A program made the translations under genes and the position numbers. A model generated the notes under the pieces. That model worked only from the letters and a program-made list of their open reading frames with translations, did no database searches and was not told where the DNA came from. A stretch of DNA of 64,000 nt, taken from assembly GCA_001803315.1 (NCBI GenBank), contig MHBQ01000059.1:17188-81187 (forward strand), written 5' to 3'. This DNA comes from Lentisphaerae bacterium RIFOXYC12_FULL_60_16. Lineage in GTDB: Bacteria; Verrucomicrobiota; Kiritimatiellia; UBA8416; YA12-FULL-60-10. Positions 1 to 13,091 of the stretch are shown here, piece after piece (within the stretch, counting starts at the first letter, position 1; the number at the start of each line of letters is the position of its first letter).

Positions 1-1986
1 ACCAGCAAGGGCACCAAGATCTTCGCCTTGGCGGGCAAGGTGGCCCATACCGGTCTGGTCGAGGCGCCCATGGGCGTGACGCTCCGCGAACTCGTCTACG
101 GCATCGGGGGTGGTGTGCGCAAAGGCCGCGCCTTCAAGGCCGCCCAGATGGGAGGGCCGTCCGGCGGCTGCGTGCCGGCCCGTTACCTCGATCTGCCCAT
201 CGACTACGAATCGGTCAAGGAAGTCGGGGCGATCATGGGCTCCGGTGGACTGATCATCCTCGACGAGAACACCTGCATGGTGGATATCGCCCGCTACTTC
301 ATGGACTTCTGCGCCAAGGAATCCTGCGGCAAATGCGCTCCGTGCAGGATCGGAACAACCCGGATGCTGGAAATTCTCCAGCGCATATGCGCCGGCGAGG
401 GACAACCCCAGGACGTGGACAAGCTCGAAGCCCTGGCGTACCAGGTGAAAAAGAACTCGCTGTGCGGGCTCGGGCAGACCGCAGCGAACCCGGTGCTGAG
501 CACGCTGCGGCACTTCCGCGAAGAATACATGGAGCATATCGCGCTGAAGCAGTGCCGGGCCTCGGTTTGTTCGGGCCTGATGGAATCGCCCTGCAGTCAC
601 GCGTGCCCGGCCGGCGTCGACGTGCCCGACTACCTGACCTTGGCGGCCGAGGATCGCTACGCCGAGGCCCTCGCCGTCGTCCAAATGCGCAATCCCCTCG
701 CCTCCGTGTGCGGACGGGTCTGCGATCACCCCTGCGAACACCGTTGCCGCCGGGGCGACATGGACGAACCGCTGGGCATCCGCGACATTAAACGGTTCGT
801 CACGGACACCGTGGCGGCGCCGTGGCGTCCCCCCGAACCATGGTCCGAGCGTGAGACGCAACGGCGGGTGGCCGTGATCGGCGCGGGACCCGCCGGTTTG
901 AGTTGCGCGTACTTCCTGCGCTTCTTCGGCCATCGCGTCACCATCTTCGAATCGCTGCCCGAACCCGGCGGCATGTTGCGGGTGGGCATTCCCGCGTACC
1001 GCCTGCCGGTCGAGCGCCTGAAACTGGACATCGACTTCATCCTGTCCACGGGGGTCGAGTTGAAACTGAATGCGCCCGTGGAAAATCTCGATGCCCTCTT
1101 CGACGCCGGATATGAGGCCGTCTTTCTCGGCGTCGGCGCGCATGAGAGCGCCCCGTTGAAGGGCATCGACACCGCCGCGCCAGGCGTTCTTGACGGCGTC
1201 CGGTTTTTGCGGGACGTCACGTTCGGCAAGGTGTCCGGACCCCTCGGCCGCACGGCCGTCATCGGCGGCGGCAACGTGGCGATCGACGCCGCGCGCAGCG
1301 CGCTCCGTCTGGGCGCCGAGGTGACCGTCGTCTACCGGCGGACCCGCGCCGAGATGCCCGCCTATCCGGAAGAAATCGAAGCCGCCGAACACGAGGGCAT
1401 CGCGCTCGTGTTTCTGGCGCAGCCCACGGGGGTCGTGGACGACCACGGGCGCGTGACGGCGCTCCGCTGCGTGCGCATGGAACCGGGCGCCGCCGATGCC
1501 TCCGGCCGCCGACAACCGGTTGCCCGGACGGATTCGGCGTTCCAAATCCCGTGCGATACCGTTATCAGCGCCGTCGGCCAAAAGGTCGCGGCACGGGACG
1601 CGTGGGGACTGCGGCTGACCCCGCACGGAACTTACGAGACAGATCCTGCCGCACTGGCCACGTCCCGCGATCGGGTGTTCGCCGGCGGAGACTGCGTGCG
1701 GGGCCCCTCGTCCGTCGTCCAGGCCATCGGTGACGGCCAGCGCGCGGCCGGGTCCATCGACAAACTGTTCGGAGGAACCGGCAAACTCCCCGACAACCTG
1801 AAACTTTCACGAAGCCGGTACGCCGCCCAAAGCGAGGAGCCGGCAACGCGCCCCAGGCCGCCCCTGGCGGCGTTGGCGGGAAGGACGGCCTCGTTCGACG
1901 AAGTCGTGGCCACGCTTGGCGATGGAGCGGCGCGCTGCGAAGCCCGGCGTTGCTTGCGGTGCGATTTAGAGAAAACCTGTCAATAA
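1..1986 (+). CDS. HydB/NuoF-like NADH-binding subunit fused to a GltD-like FAD/NAD(P)H oxidoreductase; 5'-partial; probable FDH partner subunit
   Basis: Frame open from base 1 ([14 protein letters not shown]). SLBB GGPSG, 4Fe-4[10 protein letters not shown]...LC, then GltD-type [21 protein letters not shown] and GGGNVA dinucleotide motifs, C-terminal RCLRC. Confidence 0.85.
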   Translation, partial: TSKGTKIFALAGKVAHTGLVEAPMGVTLRELVYGIGGGVRKGRAFKAAQMGGPSGGCVPARYLDLPIDYESVKEVGAIMGSGGLIILDENTCMVDIARYFMDFCAKESCGKCAPCRIGTTRMLEILQRICAGEGQPQDVDKLEALAYQVKKNSLCGLGQTAANPVLSTLRHFREEYMEHIALKQCRASVCSGLMESPCSHACPAGVDVPDYLTLAAEDRYAEALAVVQMRNPLASVCGRVCDHPCEHRCRRGDMDEPLGIRDIKRFVTDTVAAPWRPPEPWSERETQRRVAVIGAGPAGLSCAYFLRFFGHRVTIFESLPEPGGMLRVGIPAYRLPVERLKLDIDFILSTGVELKLNAPVENLDALFDAGYEAVFLGVGAHESAPLKGIDTAAPGVLDGVRFLRDVTFGKVSGPLGRTAVIGGGNVAIDAARSALRLGAEVTVVYRRTRAEMPAYPEEIEAAEHEGIALVFLAQPTGVVDDHGRVTALRCVRMEPGAADASGRRQPVARTDSAFQIPCDTVISAVGQKVAARDAWGLRLTPHGTYETDPAALATSRDRVFAGGDCVRGPSSVVQAIGDGQRAAGSIDKLFGGTGKLPDNLKLSRSRYAAQSEEPATRPRPPLAALAGRTASFDEVVATLGDGAARCEARRCLRCDLEKTCQ

Positions 1987-2010
1987 CCATGGCGGGGAGG
2001 AGAACAAGGC

Positions 2011-4746
2011 ATGGTCCGCTTGACCCTTGACGGCCGCACGATCGAAGCACGGTCCGGCCAGACGATTCTCGAGGCCGCGTTGGCCAACGGCATGGACATC
2101 CCCCGTCTCTGTCACGACCCGCGGCTGATACCGAGCGGGGCCTGCCGCCTTTGCCAGGTTCACGTGGGCGGCACGGAACGCGAACCGGTCCTGGCTTGTT
2201 GCACCGCCGTGACGGAAGGGGCAACGGTCGTGACCGAATCCCCCGAACTGGCTTCCCGCCGCCGGGCGATTCTGGAACTGCTGCTGAGCGAACACCGGAT
2301 GTCCTGCGCCACCTGCGATGCGGACGGCGACTGCGCGCTGCAGGATCTCGCCTATCGCTACGGGGCCACCGAATGGGCCTACGGGACGTTTCAGCACACC
2401 GAACCGGCGATTCTCAACTACACCTCGGAAAACCGCGGGATCGAGTATGACGTTGAAAAGTGCATTCGCTGCGGCCGCTGCGTGCGCTTTTGCGACGAGG
2501 TGCAGGGCGCGTGCGCCCTGACCTTCGACGGGCGGGGCATCACCATGAAGGTGAACACGGCCCACGGCCGGGCGTTGCACCAGTCCGACTGCGAACTGTG
2601 CGGCGGTTGCATACGCCTCTGCCCCACGGGCGCCATGCGCGAAAAGACCGCCCGGGGAATGGGACGGCTCAAGGACCTGACCAAAGTGCAGACCACCTGC
2701 ACGTATTGCGGGGTCGGTTGCACGTTCGAGCTCAACGTCAATCCGCGCCTCAACCGTGTCGTGCGGGTCACCACGCAGCCGGGCATGGGCATCAACGATG
2801 GAAATCTCTGCGTGAAGGGACATTTCGCCTTCGACTTCATCCATTCGCCGGAGCGGCTCCGGAAGCCGTTGATTCGCGAGCACGGCGCCTTCCGCGAGGC
2901 ATCCTGGGAGGAGGCCATCGAAAAGGCGGGACGGGCACTGGTCGCCGCCCGCGACCGGTACGGTCCGGAAGGCCTGGCGTTCCTGAGTTCCTCGCGCTGC
3001 ACGAACGAGGAAAACTACCTCATGCAGAAGCTGGCGCGCGCCGCGGGAAGAACCAACAATATCGACCAGTGCGCCACCACCTGCCACGCGCCGACCGTCG
3101 CCGGACTGGCACTCTCCCTCGGTTCCGGCGCGATGACCAACTCGATCAGCGAGATCAAGCACGTGCAGACCCTTTTCGTCATCGGCGCCAATCCAACCGA
3201 AGCGCATCCCATCGTCGGCCTGGAGATGAAGAAGGCCATGCGCAACGGGGCCCGGTTGATCGTTTGCGATCCGCGGGATACCTGGATGGCGAAGCATGCG
3301 CACCTCCACATCAAGCACCGGCACGGCACGGACAACATGCTCATCAACGCGATGATGCATCACATCCTGGCCCGGGGCCTTCACGACCGCCCGTTCGTCG
3401 CGGACCGTTGCGAGCAGTTCGAGGCGCTGCGCGAGAACGTCAGGTCCTACACCCCCGAGTTGGCGGCCGAGGTCTGCGGCGTCGAGGCCGGCCTGATCCG
3501 CCGCGCGGCCGAGTGGTATGCCGCCGGAACGCCATCGGCGATTTTCTACACCCTGGGCATCACGGAGCACACGTGCGGAACCGAGAATGTCCAGAACCTT
3601 GCCAACCTCGCCATGCTGTGCGGTCAGATCGGCAAGGAGTCATCGGGCATCAACCCCATCCGGGGGCAGAACAACGTCCAGGGCGCCTGCGACGTGGGCG
3701 CGATCCATTCCGTCCTGCCCGGTTACCAGAAAGTCGCCGACGCGGCGGTCCGGGCCGCGTTCGCCAAGGCCTGGGGCGTCGAATTGCCGACCCATCCCGG
3801 CGGCCGCGTAACCGACTTTCTCGAGAAGGCCGGCGAAGGAGTCCTCAAGGCTTTCTACGTCTTCGGAGAGGATCCCGTCCTCAGCGAGCCGAACCAGGCC
3901 CGGGTCGTCGAGAACCTGAAAAAGCTCGATTTCCTGGTCGTCCAGGAAATCTTCATGAGCGAGACGGCCATGCTCGCCGACGTCGTTCTTCCCGCGACCT
4001 GCTTCGCCGAGAAGGACGGCACGTTCACGAACACCGAGCGCCGCGTGCAGCGGGTGCGCAAGGCCGTCGAACCGCCCGGCGAGGCGCGTCAGGACTGGCG
4101 AATCCTGTGCGACATGTCCACCGCGATGGGGTATCCCATGTCCTACGGTCACCCGTCGGAGATCTGGGACGAACTGGCGTCGCTCACGCCCAGCCTGGCG
4201 GGCATCTCGTACACACGAATTGATAAGATGGGACTGCAATGGCCTTGCCCGACGCCGGATCATCCCGGCACCGCGTTCCTGCACCAGGGGCGATTCACGC
4301 GCGGCAAGGGACTGATGCACGCGATCGCGTTCCGGCCGCCCGCCGAGCAGCCCGACGCCGACTATCCCTTCGTGCTCTCCACGGGACGGACGCTCTATCA
4401 CTACAATATCGGAAACATGACGCGCAAAACCGCGCCCATCGCGCAGAAGCAAAACGCGAATTTCGTGGAAATGCACGATGCCGACGCGGAACGCCTGGGC
4501 ATCGTCGACGGCGGCGCCGTGCGCGTCACCACGCGGCGCGGTTCGATTTCCGTCCGCGCGCGCGTCAGCGGCAAAGTGCGCCCCGGTGCCCTGTGGATGC
4601 CGTTCCACTTCGCCGAGTCCTCGACCAACCGCCTGACCCACGACGCCTTCGACAACATCACGCGCACGGCCGAGTACAAATGCTGCGCCGCGACCATCGA
4701 ACCCGACGGACATCCGGATGCCCCAACCGGAGAACCCCCGCGGTGA
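2011..4746 (+). CDS. fdhA: Formate dehydrogenase alpha subunit (Mo/W-bisPGD, Cys-type) with N-terminal 2Fe-2S and 4Fe-4S domains
   Basis: CTYCGVGC...C cluster, active-site CHAPT, RGQNNVQG, EKDGTFTNTERR. RBS GAGGAG upstream; fdhD downstream. Confidence 0.93.
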   Translation: MVRLTLDGRTIEARSGQTILEAALANGMDIPRLCHDPRLIPSGACRLCQVHVGGTEREPVLACCTAVTEGATVVTESPELASRRRAILELLLSEHRMSCATCDADGDCALQDLAYRYGATEWAYGTFQHTEPAILNYTSENRGIEYDVEKCIRCGRCVRFCDEVQGACALTFDGRGITMKVNTAHGRALHQSDCELCGGCIRLCPTGAMREKTARGMGRLKDLTKVQTTCTYCGVGCTFELNVNPRLNRVVRVTTQPGMGINDGNLCVKGHFAFDFIHSPERLRKPLIREHGAFREASWEEAIEKAGRALVAARDRYGPEGLAFLSSSRCTNEENYLMQKLARAAGRTNNIDQCATTCHAPTVAGLALSLGSGAMTNSISEIKHVQTLFVIGANPTEAHPIVGLEMKKAMRNGARLIVCDPRDTWMAKHAHLHIKHRHGTDNMLINAMMHHILARGLHDRPFVADRCEQFEALRENVRSYTPELAAEVCGVEAGLIRRAAEWYAAGTPSAIFYTLGITEHTCGTENVQNLANLAMLCGQIGKESSGINPIRGQNNVQGACDVGAIHSVLPGYQKVADAAVRAAFAKAWGVELPTHPGGRVTDFLEKAGEGVLKAFYVFGEDPVLSEPNQARVVENLKKLDFLVVQEIFMSETAMLADVVLPATCFAEKDGTFTNTERRVQRVRKAVEPPGEARQDWRILCDMSTAMGYPMSYGHPSEIWDELASLTPSLAGISYTRIDKMGLQWPCPTPDHPGTAFLHQGRFTRGKGLMHAIAFRPPAEQPDADYPFVLSTGRTLYHYNIGNMTRKTAPIAQKQNANFVEMHDADAERLGIVDGGAVRVTTRRGSISVRARVSGKVRPGALWMPFHFAESSTNRLTHDAFDNITRTAEYKCCAATIEPDGHPDAPTGEPPR

Positions 4747-5204
4747 ACGCCAACACCCCCACCGGAATGGATGCCGTGCTCGACCGCGCGATCGCCAACG
4801 AGGAATCCGCCGCCGCCTTCTACCGGCAGGCAGCCTCCCGCGTGACCGATGCGCTCACACGCGAGGCGCTCGAAGGCTTGATGCGCGATGAGGTCGAGCA
4901 CAAGCGTCTGATCGAGGAATTCCGAAACGGCGCGCGCCCCCTCCCCGAAGAACGCACATCGGGCGGCTCGCTCCTGGAGTACTTCGGGGCGCCGGATTTC
5001 ACACCGGATCTGTCGCCCGCCGAAGCCTTCCTCCTGGCCGCCAGGAAGGAACAGCTCGCCGTGGAGTTCTACGAGCACTGGGCGGACCTCTATCCCGCCG
5101 GGCCGGAGCGGGAATTGCTCCTGCGCCTTGCGGAGGTCGAACGCCGCCACAAGGTTAAGGTGGAATACCTCTATGTCAACACCGCGTTCCCAGAGGCATG
5201 GTGA
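4743..5204 (+). CDS. Ferritin-like/rubrerythrin family protein
   Basis: Two E...ExxH di-iron half-sites (EE..DEVEH; KE..VERRH). GTG at 4743 overlaps the fdhA stop (GTGA); alternative ATG at 4767. Confidence 0.8.
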   Translation: MNANTPTGMDAVLDRAIANEESAAAFYRQAASRVTDALTREALEGLMRDEVEHKRLIEEFRNGARPLPEERTSGGSLLEYFGAPDFTPDLSPAEAFLLAARKEQLAVEFYEHWADLYPAGPERELLLRLAEVERRHKVKVEYLYVNTAFPEAW

Positions 5205-5205
5205 A

Positions 5206-6285
5206 GTGAACGCCCCTTGCCCAGCCGCCACGGTTGCTTTCGCGGAGACGGATGTTGTCCAATACCAATGTAATGGCGGCCGGTGCGAGAGTCTGTACCG
5301 GCGCGACGCCGTGGTCCCGGAATCGCCCCTCCGCATCGAGGCGGACAACGCCACCTATACGCTCATGCGCACGCCGGGGGCGGACCGCGAACTGGTCGTC
5401 GGATTCCTCTTCACCGAGGGGATCATCGAGCGGCCGGACGATATCCTGCTGCTGCGCGAGTGTCCGGAATCCCCTGACGTCATCACCGTGAAAACCTCCG
5501 ATGCCAGGGAAAAGCCCCGCCGGACGCTGACGATCACCTCGTCGTGCGGACTGTGCGGCAGGGACGACATCGAAACGATGGTGGAGGCCCTGGGCCGCGT
5601 CGAGAGTCCCTTTCAAGTCTCCCTGGCGACCGTGTACCGGATGCCCGCGACGGTCCGGGCGATGCAACCCTTGTTCGACGCGACCGGCGGCGCGCATGCC
5701 GCGGCCCTGTTCGACGCGGACGGCAAGGTCCCCCAGGTCATGGAAGACGTGGGCCGGCACAATGCGCTGGACAAGCTGATCGGACAGGCGCTCTTGCGGG
5801 GAATCTCCCTCAACGACCGCGGGGCGTTTCTATCCGGGCGAACCAGCCTGGAACTGATCGCAAAAGCAGCCAGGGCCCGCATTCCCGTCGTCGCAGCGGT
5901 GGGCGCTCCCACCACCGCCGCAGTCGACGCGGCCGAGCGGCTCGGCATCACCCTGCTCGGGTTCTTGCGGGACGAGCGGGTTTCCGTGTATACGCACGGA
6001 TGGCGGATCATGGCGTCGAACCTGCGGGCTCGCGCCGAGGGGCCGCTCCGCACAGCGGTCGAAATCGCGAACGGAGGAACCGACATGTGCCAAATGCGCA
6101 TCGTGCTGAAGGAAAACGACCATGAGGAGGTTGTTCTGGAAAACGCGGCCTGCCTCAAGGTGACCGACGCGGGCATCCTGGTCAACGCTTTGTTCGAGCA
6201 ACCGAAACTCGTCCCGGGCGTGACCCTTGCCGGCATCGATTTTCTAAGCAGCACGGTTACCTTGACCAAAGCAGGAACCCCCTGA
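5206..6285 (+). CDS. fdhD: FdhD formate dehydrogenase sulfurtransferase, with no stop before the in-frame CooT domain
   Basis: MRTPG, SSCGLCG, TGGAHAA, EDVGRHNALDK and SGR motifs. Start inferred at GTG 5206. Confidence 0.88.
   Translation: MNAPCPAATVAFAETDVVQYQCNGGRCESLYRRDAVVPESPLRIEADNATYTLMRTPGADRELVVGFLFTEGIIERPDDILLLRECPESPDVITVKTSDAREKPRRTLTITSSCGLCGRDDIETMVEALGRVESPFQVSLATVYRMPATVRAMQPLFDATGGAHAAALFDADGKVPQVMEDVGRHNALDKLIGQALLRGISLNDRGAFLSGRTSLELIAKAARARIPVVAAVGAPTTAAVDAAERLGITLLGFLRDERVSVYTHGWRIMASNLRARAEGPLRTAVEIANGGTDMCQMRIVLKENDHEEVVLENAACLKVTDAGILVNALFEQPKLVPGVTLAGIDFLSSTVTLTKAGTP
6085..6285 (+). CDS. cooT: CooT-family nickel-binding protein (internal start within the fdhD frame)
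   Basis: GGAGG RBS then ATG-TGC (Met-Cys start), 66 aa, LFE..K...G....IDF pattern; directly upstream of a CooJ-like gene. Confidence 0.75.
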   Translation: MCQMRIVLKENDHEEVVLENAACLKVTDAGILVNALFEQPKLVPGVTLAGIDFLSSTVTLTKAGTP

Positions 6286-6286
6286 C

Positions 6287-6577
6287 ATGGAACCCACGAC
6301 GATCATCGACAAATTACGGATTCTTCTGCCGCACTGGATCACGCACAACCGCAATCATGAGGCGGAGTTCGGAAAATGGGCCGCCTTGGCCCGGACGGAG
6401 GGAGCGGAGAACCTGGCGACGCTCCTTGACAAGGCCGCCGCCGCCATGGTCGCCACCGACACGATCCTGAAACAAGTCGGGCAGGCGGTCGGCGCACCCG
6501 GGGAAATTCAAGGCCACGCGCATCGCCACGATCATGAACCGGGAACCGCTTCGCCGGACCATGGACATGCAGGCTGA
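6287..6577 (+). CDS. cooJ: CooJ-like nickel chaperone
   Basis: H-W-x2-H-x3-H motif (HWITHNRNH) in a helical N-terminus plus a His-rich tail (HAHRHDH...HGH). Confidence 0.72.
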   Translation: MEPTTIIDKLRILLPHWITHNRNHEAEFGKWAALARTEGAENLATLLDKAAAAMVATDTILKQVGQAVGAPGEIQGHAHRHDHEPGTASPDHGHAG

Positions 6578-7181
6578 AGATCACGCCTGGAACTTGCTGG
6601 CCGGACTCGACCCTGGCGACGTCTGCGTCCGATCGCTTTCGACCTTCGATCCATCGGCAGGAACCTACGCCGTCAGCGTTTTTGACATGCCCGTCACTGT
6701 CGCGCCCGCGGCCCGGACGGTCAGCGGGACACGTCCGGACAGCGAATTAATCCTGAAGCGCATGGCGTATTTCTCGCGCCTTTCCATCCTGCACTATCTG
6801 ATCGCGGCACAGGATTTTCCCCTGGCAGGCCGGCTGGTCGGACCCGCCGATCTCATGGCCGGCGGGGAATTCTACACGGCCGGTTCCCACCGGTTGCCGC
6901 TCCATGCCGTGGCGGCCGGTTATGCCCGGGATGCAAAGGAGTTCCTCATGCGTGGCATCCGGTTCGGCGGGAAGCCCCGACCCCACGGCGACGCGGCCGT
7001 GGAGCTTCTTCCGTTCCCGCGCCTGCCCGTCACGATCATCCTCTGGCTTGAAAACGACGAGTTTACGGCCCGCGCCGACTTGCTCTTCGACGCCACCTGC
7101 GAGCGCCAGGTCCCCCCGGACATCCTCTGGTCGATCGCCATGTTGTGCCTCGGGGTGATGCGGCCGTCACCCGCCGGGTGA
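6561..7181 (+). CDS. DUF3786-family protein (commonly near Wood-Ljungdahl genes)
   Basis: ILHYL, GD.A....PFPR.P...ILW..DEF..A..LFD pattern; start at 6561 or 6567. Confidence 0.75.
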   Translation: MDMQAEDHAWNLLAGLDPGDVCVRSLSTFDPSAGTYAVSVFDMPVTVAPAARTVSGTRPDSELILKRMAYFSRLSILHYLIAAQDFPLAGRLVGPADLMAGGEFYTAGSHRLPLHAVAAGYARDAKEFLMRGIRFGGKPRPHGDAAVELLPFPRLPVTIILWLENDEFTARADLLFDATCERQVPPDILWSIAMLCLGVMRPSPAG

Positions 7182-7201
7182 GGATCCGCCCGGTCGCCGC
7201 C

Positions 7202-7486
7202 TCACACCCGGGGCTGCAGGCCATCGGCCAGCACGGTTACCTTCGACCCGGTCACGTGAAGAAATCCGCCGGTGATAGCGCAAGCGGTTTTGTCCTTCCC
7301 GGTGGCTTGACGGACCACCAGGGGGCCCGGAGCGAGGATGGAAAGCAACGGCTCGTGCCGCGGCAGGATCTCGACCTCTCCGCCGGAAGTCCGTACCAGC
7401 AAGCTGGCGCAGCGCCCGGAGAAGATCGTCGCATCGGGACTCAATATGTCCAGGGCGAATGACTCGGATTCATCGGTGACTGCCAC
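7202..7486 (-). CDS. atpC: F1 epsilon subunit, short form (beta-sandwich only)
   Basis: ILSPD, GEVEILPRHEP, GGFL..V.VLAD; last gene of the atp operon. Confidence 0.88.
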   Translation of the reverse strand: MAVTDESESFALDILSPDATIFSGRCASLLVRTSGGEVEILPRHEPLLSILAPGPLVVRQATGKDKTACAITGGFLHVTGSKVTVLADGLQPRV

Positions 7487-7519
7487 GGGTTTCTCCTTCT
7501 TTCACGGTTCCGCGGATCG

Positions 7520-9920
<2,401 letters not shown>

Positions 9921-9959
9921 TGCGTATTCTCCCGGCGCGGCTCGCGCGCCCGTGCGCCG

Positions 9960-11639
<1,680 letters not shown>

Positions 11640-11653
11640 GCTATCGCTCCTTA

Positions 11654-12211
11654 TTACGTCATCAAGCGCGTCCCCAGCCGCTCGAGCATGCCCAGGGCGG
11701 AACCGTCATACAGACGGCCGTCGACCTGGATCCGCACGCCGCACAGCAATCGTGGATTCACATGCGCAACCAATTGAATGGGCGTTGCCAGGGCACGGCA
11801 CAGGGCATCCCGGATGCGGTGGCACTGCTCGTCCGACATCGCGTGGGCGGATTCCGCTTCGGCAACGAGCATGTTGAATTGCCGGGCGGTCCGCTCGCGG
11901 AGGTGTACCGCGATCCGGTAAACCAGGCCGATACGCCGGCGCTGCGTGAGATATTCCAGGAAGCGGACGGTCAATGCGCCGAGCGCGAGCCGTCCGGCCA
12001 GCAGTTGCAGGAAGCCCCGCTTCTCGTCCGCCGTCAGGTGCGGGGCCCGCAGAATCTCCATGAGTTCCGGAATGCAGAGCCCGCGGCGTCCGGGAACGAG
12101 ATACTCCGCCGCGAGCAGCAGTTCCGCGCTGGCCGCCTCCAGGTTGCCGCGGCCGGACGCCACCGTGCAAAATGCCCGCGCATACCGCGCGGCGACGATT
12201 TCCTTAATCAT
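11654..12211 (-). CDS. atpH: F1 delta subunit
   Basis: VAARYARA N-terminus, C-terminal [17 protein letters not shown]; position in operon. Confidence 0.88.
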   Translation of the reverse strand: MIKEIVAARYARAFCTVASGRGNLEAASAELLLAAEYLVPGRRGLCIPELMEILRAPHLTADEKRGFLQLLAGRLALGALTVRFLEYLTQRRRIGLVYRIAVHLRERTARQFNMLVAEAESAHAMSDEQCHRIRDALCRALATPIQLVAHVNPRLLCGVRIQVDGRLYDGSALGMLERLGTRLMT

Positions 12212-13091
12212 GGCGATCCATGCCCTCCAGTTGACGGACGAAGGCGCGGATCATACGGTCCTGCGCTTCGCCCTCCATGCCCGCCGCAAAACGGACGCGG
12301 GCCTGCTCCAGCACGCGCCGGACGACGGCTGCCCGCAATTGGGCGGCGGCCGCCTTCTCATCCGCCTCCAGATGGCGCCGCATCGCGACGGTCATCTTTT
12401 CGGCTTCGCACTTCGCCGCCTCGACGAGATATTCCCGCTCGGCCCCGGCATCCCGCGCGGCCTGCTCCATGGCCTGGACGCTTTCCGCCTCGAGTTGCGC
12501 CATAAGTTCGCGTTCCCTGCCCTGCAGCGCCGCCGCCTCGATTTGGGCGGCGCGCGCCGCCGCCAGGCGTTCGCGAACCGCGTTCGAACACGCCCGGAGA
12601 AAGGCGGGCAACGGATCGCCGAGCAAGGTATACAGCAACAGGGCCAGGCCGGCGAAGTTGAACAGGCCGAGGATCGACCGCCACGGCAGCCCGTGGAACG
12701 CGTCGGTCTTGTAGAGCGCGATGAACAGGGATGGCGCCGCGGGGCCTTTCTCCGCCCGCCGCCAGGCGTCGCCCTCCCGCGTGAAACCGCCCGCCAGGGT
12801 GGCGCCGGACTGCAGTCCCCGCAGCGTCGCGGGGCTCACGGCCTCCCCGGCATCGATTTCCAGCGGCTTGCCGTTTAACTCCACGTACAGTTCCCGCCAT
12901 AACCGGCGGCCCTCCGTCAACGCGTCCAGGCGCATGAATTCGGCGCCGGTCAAGCCGTGCGCGACGTAGGCGACGATGAGGCAGGCATACGCCGCCATCC
13001 AGATTTTCGCCAGGCGCTTGCCGTGCCGTTTCGCCGCTCCCGCCGGGATCGCCGCGCCTTGCAACTCCACCTGTGTCTCGGGCTGGTTCAT
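12204..13091 (-). CDS. atpF: Fo subunit b with an extra N-terminal TM helix and a ~100 aa inserted domain
   Basis: Canonical TM (LFNFAGLALLLY..L..PL..FL..R) followed by an Ala/Glu-rich coiled coil; additional N-terminal TM; position before atpH. Confidence 0.8.
   Translation of the reverse strand: MNQPETQVELQGAAIPAGAAKRHGKRLAKIWMAAYACLIVAYVAHGLTGAEFMRLDALTEGRRLWRELYVELNGKPLEIDAGEAVSPATLRGLQSGATLAGGFTREGDAWRRAEKGPAAPSLFIALYKTDAFHGLPWRSILGLFNFAGLALLLYTLLGDPLPAFLRACSNAVRERLAAARAAQIEAAALQGRERELMAQLEAESVQAMEQAARDAGAEREYLVEAAKCEAEKMTVAMRRHLEADEKAAAAQLRAAVVRRVLEQARVRFAAGMEGEAQDRMIRAFVRQLEGMDRHD

Noticed and set aside
3070..3100. Selenocysteine in FdhA
   Set aside because: The active-site codon is TGC (Cys) in CHAPT and the ORF has no in-frame TGA.
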